A stretch of 48,542 bases of DNA, taken from positions 1 to 48,542 of the IMG/VR virus record IMGVR_UViG_3300038545_000026. One strand, written 5' to 3'. Within the stretch, counting starts at the first letter, position 1. The number at the start of each line of letters is the position of its first letter. Shown one piece after another: positions 16,396 through 24,582 of the stretch. Source of the stretch: a virus. A program made the position numbers and the translations under genes. Below the pieces are notes generated by a model that was not told the origin of the DNA, did no database searches, and saw only the letters and a program-made list of their open reading frames with translations.

Positions 16396-16531
16396 CCTAG
16401 AAGAACAATTCAAAAAAGACGATTTAGGATTATTTATAAATGCAGAGAATTACCAAGAGTGTAGAGAAGCTATAATTAAACTAAAACCGACCATTGACCA
16501 GAAAGAAAGACTTCATATTCCCACCAGATAA
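16382..16531 (+). CDS. hypothetical protein (49 aa; start moved to the internal ATG)
   Basis: The track ORF 16325..16531 overlaps the methyltransferase by 71 nt. The MQNSNLEE start reduces the overlap to 14 nt. Confidence 0.4.
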   Translation: MQNSNLEEQFKKDDLGLFINAENYQECREAIIKLKPTIDQKERLHIPTR

Positions 16532-16688
16532 AGAAGTAGAGCTGATAGCTACCAAAGGCGAAGAAGTATTTTCTATGATTTTGCCTTATGAAAAAGCGCT
16601 CAATGTTCCTCGTAAAAAAGGATGGAACTACAAAGTATACCAAATAGGTTTCGCACAGTATAAAGGGAAAATACAGAAAAGTTTATAA
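16494..16688 (+). CDS. hypothetical protein (64 aa), TTG start or +1-frame continuation of the previous ORF
   Basis: No ATG near the 5' end. Overlaps 16382..16531 by 38 nt in the +1 frame. Confidence 0.35.
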   Translation: MTRKKDFIFPPDKEVELIATKGEEVFSMILPYEKALNVPRKKGWNYKVYQIGFAQYKGKIQKSL

Positions 16689-16755
16689 CGTAATTGTGTA
16701 TGCCACGTTGCTTATAAATTAACTAAAATATTGAACAATTAAACAACAAAATAAA

Positions 16756-17088
16756 ATGGAAAATACTAAAGAATTAAGCACTGAAAAGCAATGTGATATA
16801 CACGTTGTTAGCAGTAGTAATAATTTCTTAATTAGGCAAATAAGCGAAAATGAATTTATTATACTTAAAAAATATAAAGAAGAAACTACGAAAGGGTATT
16901 TGTGGTGGAAGAAAACAATAATCGAAGAAAAATACAGAAGAATTGATAGATATGGTAATAAATATTTTTGTATTATTTACCCTATTTATTTTACAAATTT
17001 AAGCGATATTGACACATATAAAACTTTTGAAGATGCAAAAAAGTGGATAGAAAACTATAACAAATACCCGATTGATTATTACTGCTAA
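16756..17088 (+). CDS. hypothetical protein (110 aa)
   Basis: ORF track. Its N-terminal coding region contains a copy of the TATACACGTTGTTAGCAGTAG arm (16797..16817). Confidence 0.55.
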   Translation: MENTKELSTEKQCDIHVVSSSNNFLIRQISENEFIILKKYKEETTKGYLWWKKTIIEEKYRRIDRYGNKYFCIIYPIYFTNLSDIDTYKTFEDAKKWIENYNKYPIDYYC

Positions 17089-17123
17089 CTATTATGTATC
17101 AACAATACTAGAAAAATCAACAC
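17087..17123 (+). repeat. 37-bp direct repeat, copy 2 (27-bp perfect core 17097..17123)
   Basis: Matches 9977..10013 at 35/37 positions. Confidence 0.9.
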
Positions 17124-17171
17124 TTTAACCATTGTTTTATACAAAATCACAAATTAAAAACTGTGTTAAAA

Positions 17172-17696
17172 ATGAAAAAACTATTATTAACTGCATTACT
17201 ATTAATAGGATTGATTAGTAATGCTCAATTGCAAGTAAATCTAGGCATTGACCCGAAAATAGCAATCCTAGGAACAGACAATAAATACACATCGCACGAT
17301 GCATTATTTAACTACGAGATTAAAATCGAATACTTAAAAGAAACAATCAACAATCCAAACAATAAGATTTACTTCAATGTAAATTATAAGTTTGTAAATT
17401 TAGAGTATAAATATCACTCTATTGGATTTGGAATAGGTTGTCAAACACCTAGATATTTATTTAATCAAAAGTTGCTCATTGTACCGCAGATACAAGCAGA
17501 AAGAATAACAAGAGATATTTACAACGGTAATAGAGCATCTGTAATAACTTTAAAAGGAATAACTAGCATAAGACTACCTTTAGATAGAAATGAGCGTTTA
17601 CAATTTGGATTTGCGCCCTATGTTCAATGGTCAAGAGATATTGGTAAGACGTTTAGATATGGAAGCAATGTTGAATTAATTATAAAAGTGTTTTAG
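17172..17696 (+). CDS. secreted small outer-membrane beta-barrel protein (Lom/OmpX-like)
   Basis: Signal peptide MKKLLLTALLLIGLISNAQ, alternating amphipathic strands, C-terminal ...ELIIKVF with a terminal Phe (OMP beta-signal). Confidence 0.65.
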   Translation: MKKLLLTALLLIGLISNAQLQVNLGIDPKIAILGTDNKYTSHDALFNYEIKIEYLKETINNPNNKIYFNVNYKFVNLEYKYHSIGFGIGCQTPRYLFNQKLLIVPQIQAERITRDIYNGNRASVITLKGITSIRLPLDRNERLQFGFAPYVQWSRDIGKTFRYGSNVELIIKVF

Positions 17697-17698
17697 AT

Positions 17699-17884
17699 AT
17701 GGAGAAAACTAACATATATAAACTTGAAAAAATAGGTCTTTATTGGCATATAATGAGGTTGCATTATGTAGGGTGGTGGATATTTAAGAGTCGAGTTTGG
17801 TTGTCTGAATTTCCATACTATCTATACAAAGAAGATGCTGATAAGGCTTTCAAAGAAATAACTAAAAACCATGAACCTAAATAA
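17699..17884 (+). CDS. hypothetical protein (61 aa)
   Basis: ORF track. Confidence 0.5.
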   Translation: MEKTNIYKLEKIGLYWHIMRLHYVGWWIFKSRVWLSEFPYYLYKEDADKAFKEITKNHEPK

Positions 17885-18137
17885 ACCAAAAACATCAAAG
17901 GCAGAAATACTATTCACGCTCATTGATAAAGGAGAAGTATCTATTATGGATTTTCCTTATCTTAGTAGTTTTAGAACTAGAGTATCTGACCTTAAAATCA
18001 AAGACAATTTACCTTTAATTAGAGAAATGAGAAAAGGAGTAAATAAATTCAATAACACATACACTTACGCAGTACATAGATTAAATCCTTTTTATACTAG
18101 GCAAGCTGTGGAGTTGTATAAATTAATAAATGGTTAA
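17871..18137 (+). CDS. hypothetical protein (88 aa), possible winged-helix
   Basis: ORF track. The fold guess is weak. Confidence 0.55.
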   Translation: MNLNKPKTSKAEILFTLIDKGEVSIMDFPYLSSFRTRVSDLKIKDNLPLIREMRKGVNKFNNTYTYAVHRLNPFYTRQAVELYKLING

Positions 18138-18415
18138 TGAAAAAACTAAACAGAAAACAAAGGAACTTAAGATATATAAGGATAAAGAATAATATCAGAA
18201 GAAGTGGTGTTGTGTATAATTATTTTTCAATACCTAATGATTCTAGTGAGGATTTTATCAATCAATTTATAGATGCTGAAAATAAAATAAATATAGAGAA
18301 TTTAACTAAAACATATAAGATGGATTTTAAAGTAGAATCCATAAGTGTAGGTCTAGTTAATGATGATTTTAGTCAATTTATAAACACATATAAAATAGGG
18401 TATTCTAAAGCGTAA
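18137..18415 (+). CDS. hypothetical protein (92 aa)
   Basis: ORF track, ATGA-type junction. Confidence 0.55.
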   Translation: MKKLNRKQRNLRYIRIKNNIRRSGVVYNYFSIPNDSSEDFINQFIDAENKINIENLTKTYKMDFKVESISVGLVNDDFSQFINTYKIGYSKA

Positions 18416-18576
18416 TAACCGATTAAATTATTTTTTTGTATATTTGAACTTATGAAAAGAGACTTAGGATGTTTTAATCCTATAAATTGGTATGGATAAA
18501 CAAGGAATCGACGAATTGTCAGATATGTCTTGAACGAAAACAGGAATTTAAATAATAACTTTAAATATAAAGAAAA

Positions 18577-18834
18577 ATGGGAGTAATTAAAGATGGATTC
18601 AATGATTTTAAAGCATGGTATCAATCAAAAACAATTATAGCAGTAGTTCTAGGTGTTGTGTCAACAGTTTTAGGATTATTTGGAATAGATATTGGTGACG
18701 TTGTAAATGTAACGTTTACAGAAGCAGAAGCCGCAGCAGACCAAGTAGATGCAATTTGGATTAGCGTTCAAAACTTAGTTTTCTTTGCTGTTGCCGCATG
18801 GGGAAGGATAAAAGCACAAGTACAAATTAGATAG
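18577..18834 (+). CDS. two-TM small membrane protein (holin-like)
   Basis: Two hydrophobic helices (IIAVVLGVVSTVLGLFGI, LVFFAVAAWG) and a charged C-terminus. Confidence 0.5.
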   Translation: MGVIKDGFNDFKAWYQSKTIIAVVLGVVSTVLGLFGIDIGDVVNVTFTEAEAAADQVDAIWISVQNLVFFAVAAWGRIKAQVQIR

Positions 18835-18870
18835 TATTTTATTTTTCATAGATTTAGTTTTTAGTTAATT

Positions 18871-18896
18871 AAGCATCGTTTATTCGGTGCTTTTTT
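18871..18896 (+). terminator. intrinsic terminator
   Basis: AAGCATCG-TTTATT-CGGTGCTT hairpin followed by TTTTTT. Confidence 0.65.
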
Positions 18897-18975
18897 ATTA
18901 TGATAGCATTATTAATATTAATAAGTATAGTTTGGCAAGTAATACTTGTTAGACTTACACCAAATACATTTGACA

Positions 18976-19215
18976 ATGAGCAAAGCAGGATTAGGAGATA
19001 TAATAGGAATAGGAACGGTAATAGCAGAGCTTTTTAAGTTATTAGAACCTACTGAAACAAGACTACAGATAAAACGCCTTAGACAATTTAGAAGAGGTCG
19101 CAAAAAGCTTTATAAGGAATTTAAAAAAGATGGTTTAACCAATGACGAAAAAGCGACCCTTGAAAAGTTAGATAGTGCTTATGTAGAAATGCTTTTAAAG
19201 CTAGGTAAGATGTAA
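18976..19215 (+). CDS. hypothetical protein (79 aa from the internal ATG)
   Basis: Track ORF 18946..19215. The MSKAGLGDIIG start is preferred. Confidence 0.5.
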   Translation: MSKAGLGDIIGIGTVIAELFKLLEPTETRLQIKRLRQFRRGRKKLYKEFKKDGLTNDEKATLEKLDSAYVEMLLKLGKM

Positions 19216-19216
19216 T

Positions 19217-19250
19217 AAAAAAAGCTCCATCAATACAATAGAGCTTTTTT
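19217..19250. terminator. bidirectional terminator at the convergence of the two transcription blocks
   Basis: AAAAAAAGCTC-13 nt loop-GAGCTTTTTT, A-run and T-run on either side. Confidence 0.6.
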
Positions 19251-19322
19251 ACCTTAAACCTAAAATCACATTCAATTAACTATTACCAGTTAATAATGAT
19301 ACTAATGTAGTGAATTATTTTA

Positions 19323-19757
19323 TTATAAATAAATAATCAAAGGTCTTTTTTCTGTATTCATATATCCAACATGAACCCATTTTAATGTATCTTCAAAGTT
19401 TTCTAAGGTATTTAGCTTTATTAATTCTCCTTGCTTGATAAGATTTACAATGAAGTCGTATAATTCTCGTAAAAGACCGTTTACAGGCTCTAAATCAAAA
19501 GTTGTTCCTTGTTTATGTGTAGAATAAAAAGAGCCATCTGGATCATTGGGAGGTCTTAATCCTCTTGAATCTATACCTAAATTTATACGATTAATGTAAA
19601 TTCCAGAACCATGAATTTTAAACCATTCATTTCTTATTATTTGCAAATCTCTTAAACAATCTTCATCCAATCTTCTCCATGTGTTTTTTTCTCCTATTGA
19701 TTTAATTATTTGAGGATGTGCTAGTTCTGACAACTCGTAATTTCTAGGTTTATACAT
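19323..19757 (-). CDS. peptidase M15-family endolysin
   Basis: YSTHKQGTTFD (SxHxxGxxxD) and WVHVGY resemble the M15 zinc-peptidase signature. Adjacent to small membrane proteins. Confidence 0.65.
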   Translation of the reverse strand: MYKPRNYELSELAHPQIIKSIGEKNTWRRLDEDCLRDLQIIRNEWFKIHGSGIYINRINLGIDSRGLRPPNDPDGSFYSTHKQGTTFDLEPVNGLLRELYDFIVNLIKQGELIKLNTLENFEDTLKWVHVGYMNTEKRPLIIYL

Positions 19758-19762
19758 ATCTT

Positions 19763-20023
19763 TTAATTTTTACTGTTCTCACATTCTTCTAGTTTTTCTT
19801 TTAATCTTTCTATATCATGATACAATTTAGCTTCTTGTAGCTTTCTTTCTGCTATTCTGTCTGAACGCTTTTTGTTATACTCTATTTGCTCTGTATTGTG
19901 TGATTGCTTTTGGTAGAATATAGATGCTGTATTTGTACCCATGATAATAGCTATCATCATTGGCACGAATGCTTTGTATCGCATTATAAAGAATCCGTCT
20001 TGTGTTTCTTTAGGAGTGTTCAT
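19763..20023 (-). CDS. single-TM protein with a coiled-coil tail (holin/spanin-like)
   Basis: FVPMMIAIIMGTNTASIF helix followed by a charged helical C-terminus. Confidence 0.5.
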   Translation of the reverse strand: MNTPKETQDGFFIMRYKAFVPMMIAIIMGTNTASIFYQKQSHNTEQIEYNKKRSDRIAERKLQEAKLYHDIERLKEKLEECENSKN

Positions 20024-20270
20024 TATTGCGCATTTTCTGTTTTCGCTCCTTGGTTTCTAAATGAAACTTCTCATAAACAAACCAAACTATCTTAACAACC
20101 CATAATATAATAAGTAACCACAATATGATTTGCTGTAAAACAGGATTTATTTTTAAAGCTTCTATTATTGCGCCTTCTAGTTTTTGGTCAGCGTATATTA
20201 CAGTAGTACCAAAATAACAAAAAACCGATATAAATAACTTTATAGTTTTCATTAAAAACATCTCAGCCAT
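20010..20270 (-). CDS. membrane protein (86 aa, lysis-cassette candidate)
   Basis: Two hydrophobic helices. Confidence 0.5.
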   Translation of the reverse strand: MAEMFLMKTIKLFISVFCYFGTTVIYADQKLEGAIIEALKINPVLQQIILWLLIILWVVKIVWFVYEKFHLETKERKQKMRNNEHS

Positions 20271-20626
20271 TTTATAAGTAGGTGTATGAAAGCTATAATT
20301 GTTGCTGAAAACAATATAGCCATAAATCCTTTCGTATGGAGATTATACCCCAAAATAACACCGAAAAGATTGATTAGTAAAAACACAGTAGTCCAGCCTG
20401 TTAATATAGCTTTAAAACCACTGTTAACTTTCTTTATCTGTATCAACCAAGTATAAAGTGACAATAAAAATAGTTCAATCGCAATAGCAATAATAGCAAC
20501 TCGCCATTGCAACAATTCATCCCCTAATTGTTTGTAACAGTAGAAGTAGTTAAATAGGTTTGAGCCTACTAAAACTACCGCTACTGTGTATAATATGTAA
20601 TCTTTTATTTTATTTATTACTCTCAT
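20252..20626 (-). CDS. multi-pass membrane protein (start moved to the internal ATG at 20626)
   Basis: The track start at 20707 overlaps a better upstream micro-ORF. From MRVINKIKDY the protein has 4 predicted helices. Confidence 0.5.
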   Translation of the reverse strand: MRVINKIKDYILYTVAVVLVGSNLFNYFYCYKQLGDELLQWRVAIIAIAIELFLLSLYTWLIQIKKVNSGFKAILTGWTTVFLLINLFGVILGYNLHTKGFMAILFSATIIAFIHLLIKWLRCF

Positions 20627-20738
20627 CTGCTGGATCGTCTGGCGGAGGTAATGGCGGTTTATCACCAGGAGGCGGAACGATTCCATTATCTTCATCAGGT
20701 TCATCACAAAAATAGTAAATTTTTTCTTGCGTTTTCAT
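20610..20738 (-). CDS. proline-rich micro-protein (42 aa)
   Basis: Hand-translated MKTQEKIYYFCDEPDEDNGIVPPPGDKPPLPPPDDPADESNK. Confidence 0.35.
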   Translation of the reverse strand: MKTQEKIYYFCDEPDEDNGIVPPPGDKPPLPPPDDPADESNK

Positions 20739-20745
20739 GTTGTTT

Positions 20746-22947
20746 TTAATTTGTTATGTTTGTTATTAATCCGTTTGTTACTGTTACTGTTTTTCCGTCA
20801 TTGCTCGTGAATGTACCACTTACACTAGGTAAATCAGTAGTGTTCAATTGCCTTACCCATACAGAACCATTGTTGATATACATATCATGGTTAGTGAAAT
20901 CGTATATTCCAACGCCCCTTAAATAGCTAGTTGCGCTTGGGAATGAAGTTAAAGCCAATGACCTGAATCTCATAGGCGAGTTCATGTAAATTGCTCCATT
21001 AGTTCCACTCGCCTGCAGACTTATATTGTTTCCATTAGTGTAAATATTAGTCCTAGAGTTAGATTGTATCTGTAAATTAGCTCCTGACTTCGCAACATAA
21101 TTATTCGCGTTATCGCCATATTGTATTTTTTCTCCAGCTACATCTAAAATTAATCTATTGGTATTTTGTCCAATGGGTCTATAATTTAATTCATTTACAT
21201 ATCTAATATCTCCAAGGTCAATTAATACTCTATCTCCGTTTGCTAGATAATCACTTGTATTTGAAACACCTCTATTGTCTTTCACTAAAGTGTAATTAGA
21301 GCTTGCTTCAATGTTTATTACTCGGTCATTGGCAACGGTCTGAAAGTTATTACCAACGATATTAGTGTAATCCGCTGAACTACCTACTAAAATAGCTTGT
21401 GAAGTACCAGTATAAGGTAAGTTAAAATGGTTGTTAACAATATATATAGCGTTCCCATTTGCTTCAATTGCGCTAGTAAATCCTTCTCCTGTAGTTGCTT
21501 CAAACCAGTTACTAGAAATCATTGCGCTACTCGCAGTTTTTGATACAGAAGTAGTTTCAATCTTTAATGCATAAGTATCTGTAAAGGCTTCAAATGTATT
21601 ATCTACTAGATGCGCACTATCTCCACCATTTATATAAACTTTATCGTTAAAAGTACTATTTCTTACTGTTACATTGTTTGTGTCGTCTACTTCTAAGGCA
21701 TATACATTACAACTTTGTACTCTTACATTTTCAATGCTAGAACCTTGACCGCTATTGTTATATATGCGTATTCCAACATTTGCTGTGTTATTTCCATTAA
21801 CACGTAGGTTTATAATTCTTGCTTGTGGATTAATTATATTTAATACTCCATTTGTAGGATTTGAAGCAGCTTTTATAATTGTACTCCATCCTTGACCTAC
21901 AAAAGAAACGTTACCACGCACAAAAACATCAGCCATTTGATACGTGCCATTAGGTAAATAAATAGTCCCTCCGCCTTGATTAGTCAAAAATGTACTTATA
22001 GCGTTTAATCTACCTGAATTATCTGTAGAATCATCTCCTACAACTCCAAACCAAGTAGCGTCTAAATAATTATTAATTATATCTCCTGTTCCGAATGTAA
22101 TTCCGCTTAATGAAGGCTCACTAGGACTAACAATAGTTGTTTTATTGTAATTTATTGTTCCGTTGGTAAAAGAACCGCCTTCAAAACTTAAAGTCACATT
22201 AGCTGGCAATGTAATAGTATTAGCTCCTAAATCAAAAGCGTGCCTTATAGATAATGTTGTATTATTATAGTTGGCTGGAATACTAGTCCAATCAAAATCA
22301 CTTGTTGGAACTTTGAATACATCTGTTTCTACACTTCCACCTGTTGATATTGTTATTTCTCCTTTTGCATTTGCGGATTGACCGTTTACAGTTAGCGGTA
22401 TAATTCCACTTTCATGAGGTAATTGGTAAGATGCATCAGAACTACCTGTGAATCCGTTAATTGTGCCTTTATGTGTGTTTCCTGAATTCTGAAAACTTAA
22501 TGACGCTCCATTTTTAATTAATGTTTCTGATGAGTTAATTCTAAATTCACTAGAAATATTTTCTATATAATCACCTCCATCATTTACTATTAACTGAACA
22601 GCATTATTATCTGCGTCTCTATCTCCTATAACAACTGATAAATCACCACCTTCACGAGTTCCTGTACTCGTCATTGCTTGGGTAGTAATGTTATTAGTTG
22701 TAGTCGCTCCTACATCTGTTACTTGTTGAAAGTTTTGACTACCACCTCCGCTAATAGGTAAATCACTAACCCTAACGAATTTTATTTCATTGGTAGTTAA
22801 ATCTAAAACTAAAACTTTTTCATTAGTCGTTGGGCTTGGTAGCTCATTGACCGATTCTAGTTTTACAGGTCTTTTATGTTTTATAGTTTGAGCATTGACC
22901 GAAAACGCAAAAACTAAAATTATTAAGGGTAAAAAATATTTTTTCAT
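20746..22947 (-). CDS. right-handed beta-helix (pectate-lyase-fold) tailspike/depolymerase with an N-terminal signal peptide
   Basis: LDATWFGVVGDDSTDNSGRLNAISTFL..GGGTIYLPNGTYQM is the pectate_lyase_3 entry motif. It is followed by repetitive N/G/V-rich coils. The N-terminus is MKKYFLPLIILVFAFSVNAQ. Confidence 0.75.
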   Translation of the reverse strand: MKKYFLPLIILVFAFSVNAQTIKHKRPVKLESVNELPSPTTNEKVLVLDLTTNEIKFVRVSDLPISGGGSQNFQQVTDVGATTTNNITTQAMTSTGTREGGDLSVVIGDRDADNNAVQLIVNDGGDYIENISSEFRINSSETLIKNGASLSFQNSGNTHKGTINGFTGSSDASYQLPHESGIIPLTVNGQSANAKGEITISTGGSVETDVFKVPTSDFDWTSIPANYNNTTLSIRHAFDLGANTITLPANVTLSFEGGSFTNGTINYNKTTIVSPSEPSLSGITFGTGDIINNYLDATWFGVVGDDSTDNSGRLNAISTFLTNQGGGTIYLPNGTYQMADVFVRGNVSFVGQGWSTIIKAASNPTNGVLNIINPQARIINLRVNGNNTANVGIRIYNNSGQGSSIENVRVQSCNVYALEVDDTNNVTVRNSTFNDKVYINGGDSAHLVDNTFEAFTDTYALKIETTSVSKTASSAMISSNWFEATTGEGFTSAIEANGNAIYIVNNHFNLPYTGTSQAILVGSSADYTNIVGNNFQTVANDRVINIEASSNYTLVKDNRGVSNTSDYLANGDRVLIDLGDIRYVNELNYRPIGQNTNRLILDVAGEKIQYGDNANNYVAKSGANLQIQSNSRTNIYTNGNNISLQASGTNGAIYMNSPMRFRSLALTSFPSATSYLRGVGIYDFTNHDMYINNGSVWVRQLNTTDLPSVSGTFTSNDGKTVTVTNGLITNITN

Positions 22948-23276
22948 TATACTAAGGTTATATCTTCAATTAAATCAATTACATTCCAAGACGCATCGTT
23001 ATTGATGCTGTTTTCGTTTATACAAATAGCTTTATTCCAGTAAGTTGTATTGTTTCTCCACCCGTCCACTATCATGTCATTATTTTGAATAGTAGTAAGT
23101 AAAACATTGTTATTTGGGTGTTTTACCAAAAAAAACTCTCTACCAAAAACACTTACAACTGGTCTTTGGGGCTTTTCAGATGCAGCTTCAAAAATTACAG
23201 TCTGAACTTCATAAGTATGACCATAATCTTCTACTGTAACATTTATTGTTCTTACTGTTTGCTCTACTGTAATCAT
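22947..23276 (-). CDS. hypothetical tail-module protein (109 aa)
   Basis: ORF track, ATGA coupling. Confidence 0.6.
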   Translation of the reverse strand: MITVEQTVRTINVTVEDYGHTYEVQTVIFEAASEKPQRPVVSVFGREFFLVKHPNNNVLLTTIQNNDMIVDGWRNNTTYWNKAICINENSINNDASWNVIDLIEDITLV

Positions 23277-23647
23277 GATCTAGTGTATTCTTTTTCTATA
23301 TTGTATCTTATTGTAAAATAAGTATCTCTTTTACCGTCTGAAGTTGTTATTTGAATATCTCCTTTTCCAACTCCATGGGGCAATTTCGGATCTGTGTGTG
23401 GTCTTTCATCAATTCTAAACCTAAGACTATCAAGTATAGTAATTCCTCCGTTGTTAGCACTTGAAATGTCTATTCGTTTAGTATTATTCCAATACACCTG
23501 CATTTCTATCAAAGCACCTGTAAGATTAACACCATCCGAAGCATCAAAGCGTATTATCATTTCTCTGATAGTATCGCCTTGGGTTATCGTTGCTTGTTTT
23601 CCTCTATATATTGGAGGTCTGTATATAATTGGTCTTTCGTCGCTCAT
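23273..23647 (-). CDS. hypothetical tail-module protein (124 aa)
   Basis: ORF track. Confidence 0.6.
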   Translation of the reverse strand: MSDERPIIYRPPIYRGKQATITQGDTIREMIIRFDASDGVNLTGALIEMQVYWNNTKRIDISSANNGGITILDSLRFRIDERPHTDPKLPHGVGKGDIQITTSDGKRDTYFTIRYNIEKEYTRS

Positions 23648-23666
23648 TGGTTGTTATATTTGTATA

Positions 23667-24086
23667 TTAATAGTCTTTTAAATATTCAGGTACATCACTA
23701 CTAATGTAAGTTCCTTTTATCTTATGCCAAAACGTATTAAAAAACGTCCATTGCATCCACTTATTTCTTTCAAACATTATATTAGTAGGATATTTTAATG
23801 CAATCATGATATCAAAGAAATATATATCTACTCCTTTACCTACATATCCCAATGAATTTAACCAATCATGAATAAAAGCTGCGCACTCAAAGAAATAATC
23901 CGTAACCTCTCTTACAAAGGTTGCTCCATCATACTTAAAAACACCGTTCAAATAATCATTCCATGCATTTAAGAAGACAGGCTCAACCCATGTACCTTTA
24001 CATTCATTATGCATAAAATCATAGGCATCTTGCAGCTCTTGTTGAGTTAAATTTTGAACACTTGTATTTTTCTTAATAATTCTCAC
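23667..24086 (-). CDS. hypothetical protein (139 aa), possibly DUF1353-like
   Basis: AAFIHDWLNSLGY resembles the HDW/Y motif of DUF1353. Weak. Confidence 0.55.
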   Translation of the reverse strand: MRIIKKNTSVQNLTQQELQDAYDFMHNECKGTWVEPVFLNAWNDYLNGVFKYDGATFVREVTDYFFECAAFIHDWLNSLGYVGKGVDIYFFDIMIALKYPTNIMFERNKWMQWTFFNTFWHKIKGTYISSDVPEYLKDY

Positions 24087-24582
24087 TAATATAATCTACT
24101 ATTTGAGTGTGCAACTCATTATATAATTGCTCTCCTACTGTTTCAGCTCCAATAGCCTCTAGCTTTTCTCTTGCACTTTTCCATTGACCGTTTACAACTT
24201 CGTCACGTACAGGTATTAATTGTTCTTCTATGAAATTATGAGAAGCTTCATCTAGTAATCCGCTTTGTTTCGCTAGCCTTAATTTAGCAGATTGTAACGC
24301 ATAAGCATCTTTACCGTCTTTCATTCGCTTAACATATCTTTGTTTTTCTTCTAAAACAGGCTTTAGTAATTGTTGTTGATTAAATTCAGTTATTTCTTCA
24401 TTTGTCGCTCCTTCGTAATAACTGCTGCCATCCCACATAGGTTTAACAAAATTTCCTTCATATAAAGGCGCTAAATCCCAATCTGAAACTAAGTCTCCAT
24501 TGATAATTTGGTCTTGATTATCTTCAATCCATTGGTCGGTATAATTACCTTTAATATAACCATTTACTATTCTTGTTTTCAT
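24073..24582 (-). CDS. hypothetical tail-module protein (169 aa)
   Basis: ORF track. Confidence 0.6.
   Translation of the reverse strand: MKTRIVNGYIKGNYTDQWIEDNQDQIINGDLVSDWDLAPLYEGNFVKPMWDGSSYYEGATNEEITEFNQQQLLKPVLEEKQRYVKRMKDGKDAYALQSAKLRLAKQSGLLDEASHNFIEEQLIPVRDEVVNGQWKSAREKLEAIGAETVGEQLYNELHTQIVDYISENY

Noticed and set aside
13704-20095. Assorted antisense track ORFs (13704..13895, 14153..14335, 15011..15385, 15530..15751, 18373..18624, 18918..19103, 19904..20095; also 2201..2383, 4349..4555, 12379..12621)
   Set aside because: Each lies opposite a better-supported same-block ORF or a structured non-coding region, and none has recognisable motifs.
23118-23681. Plus-strand ORFs 23118..23321 and 23394..23681 in the tail module. 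Similar cases: 35610..35917, 37086..37316, 38116..38362, 40673..40936, 41229..41498, 41902..42732, 44092..44313
   Set aside because: They are antisense shadows of well-packed minus-strand or island genes.
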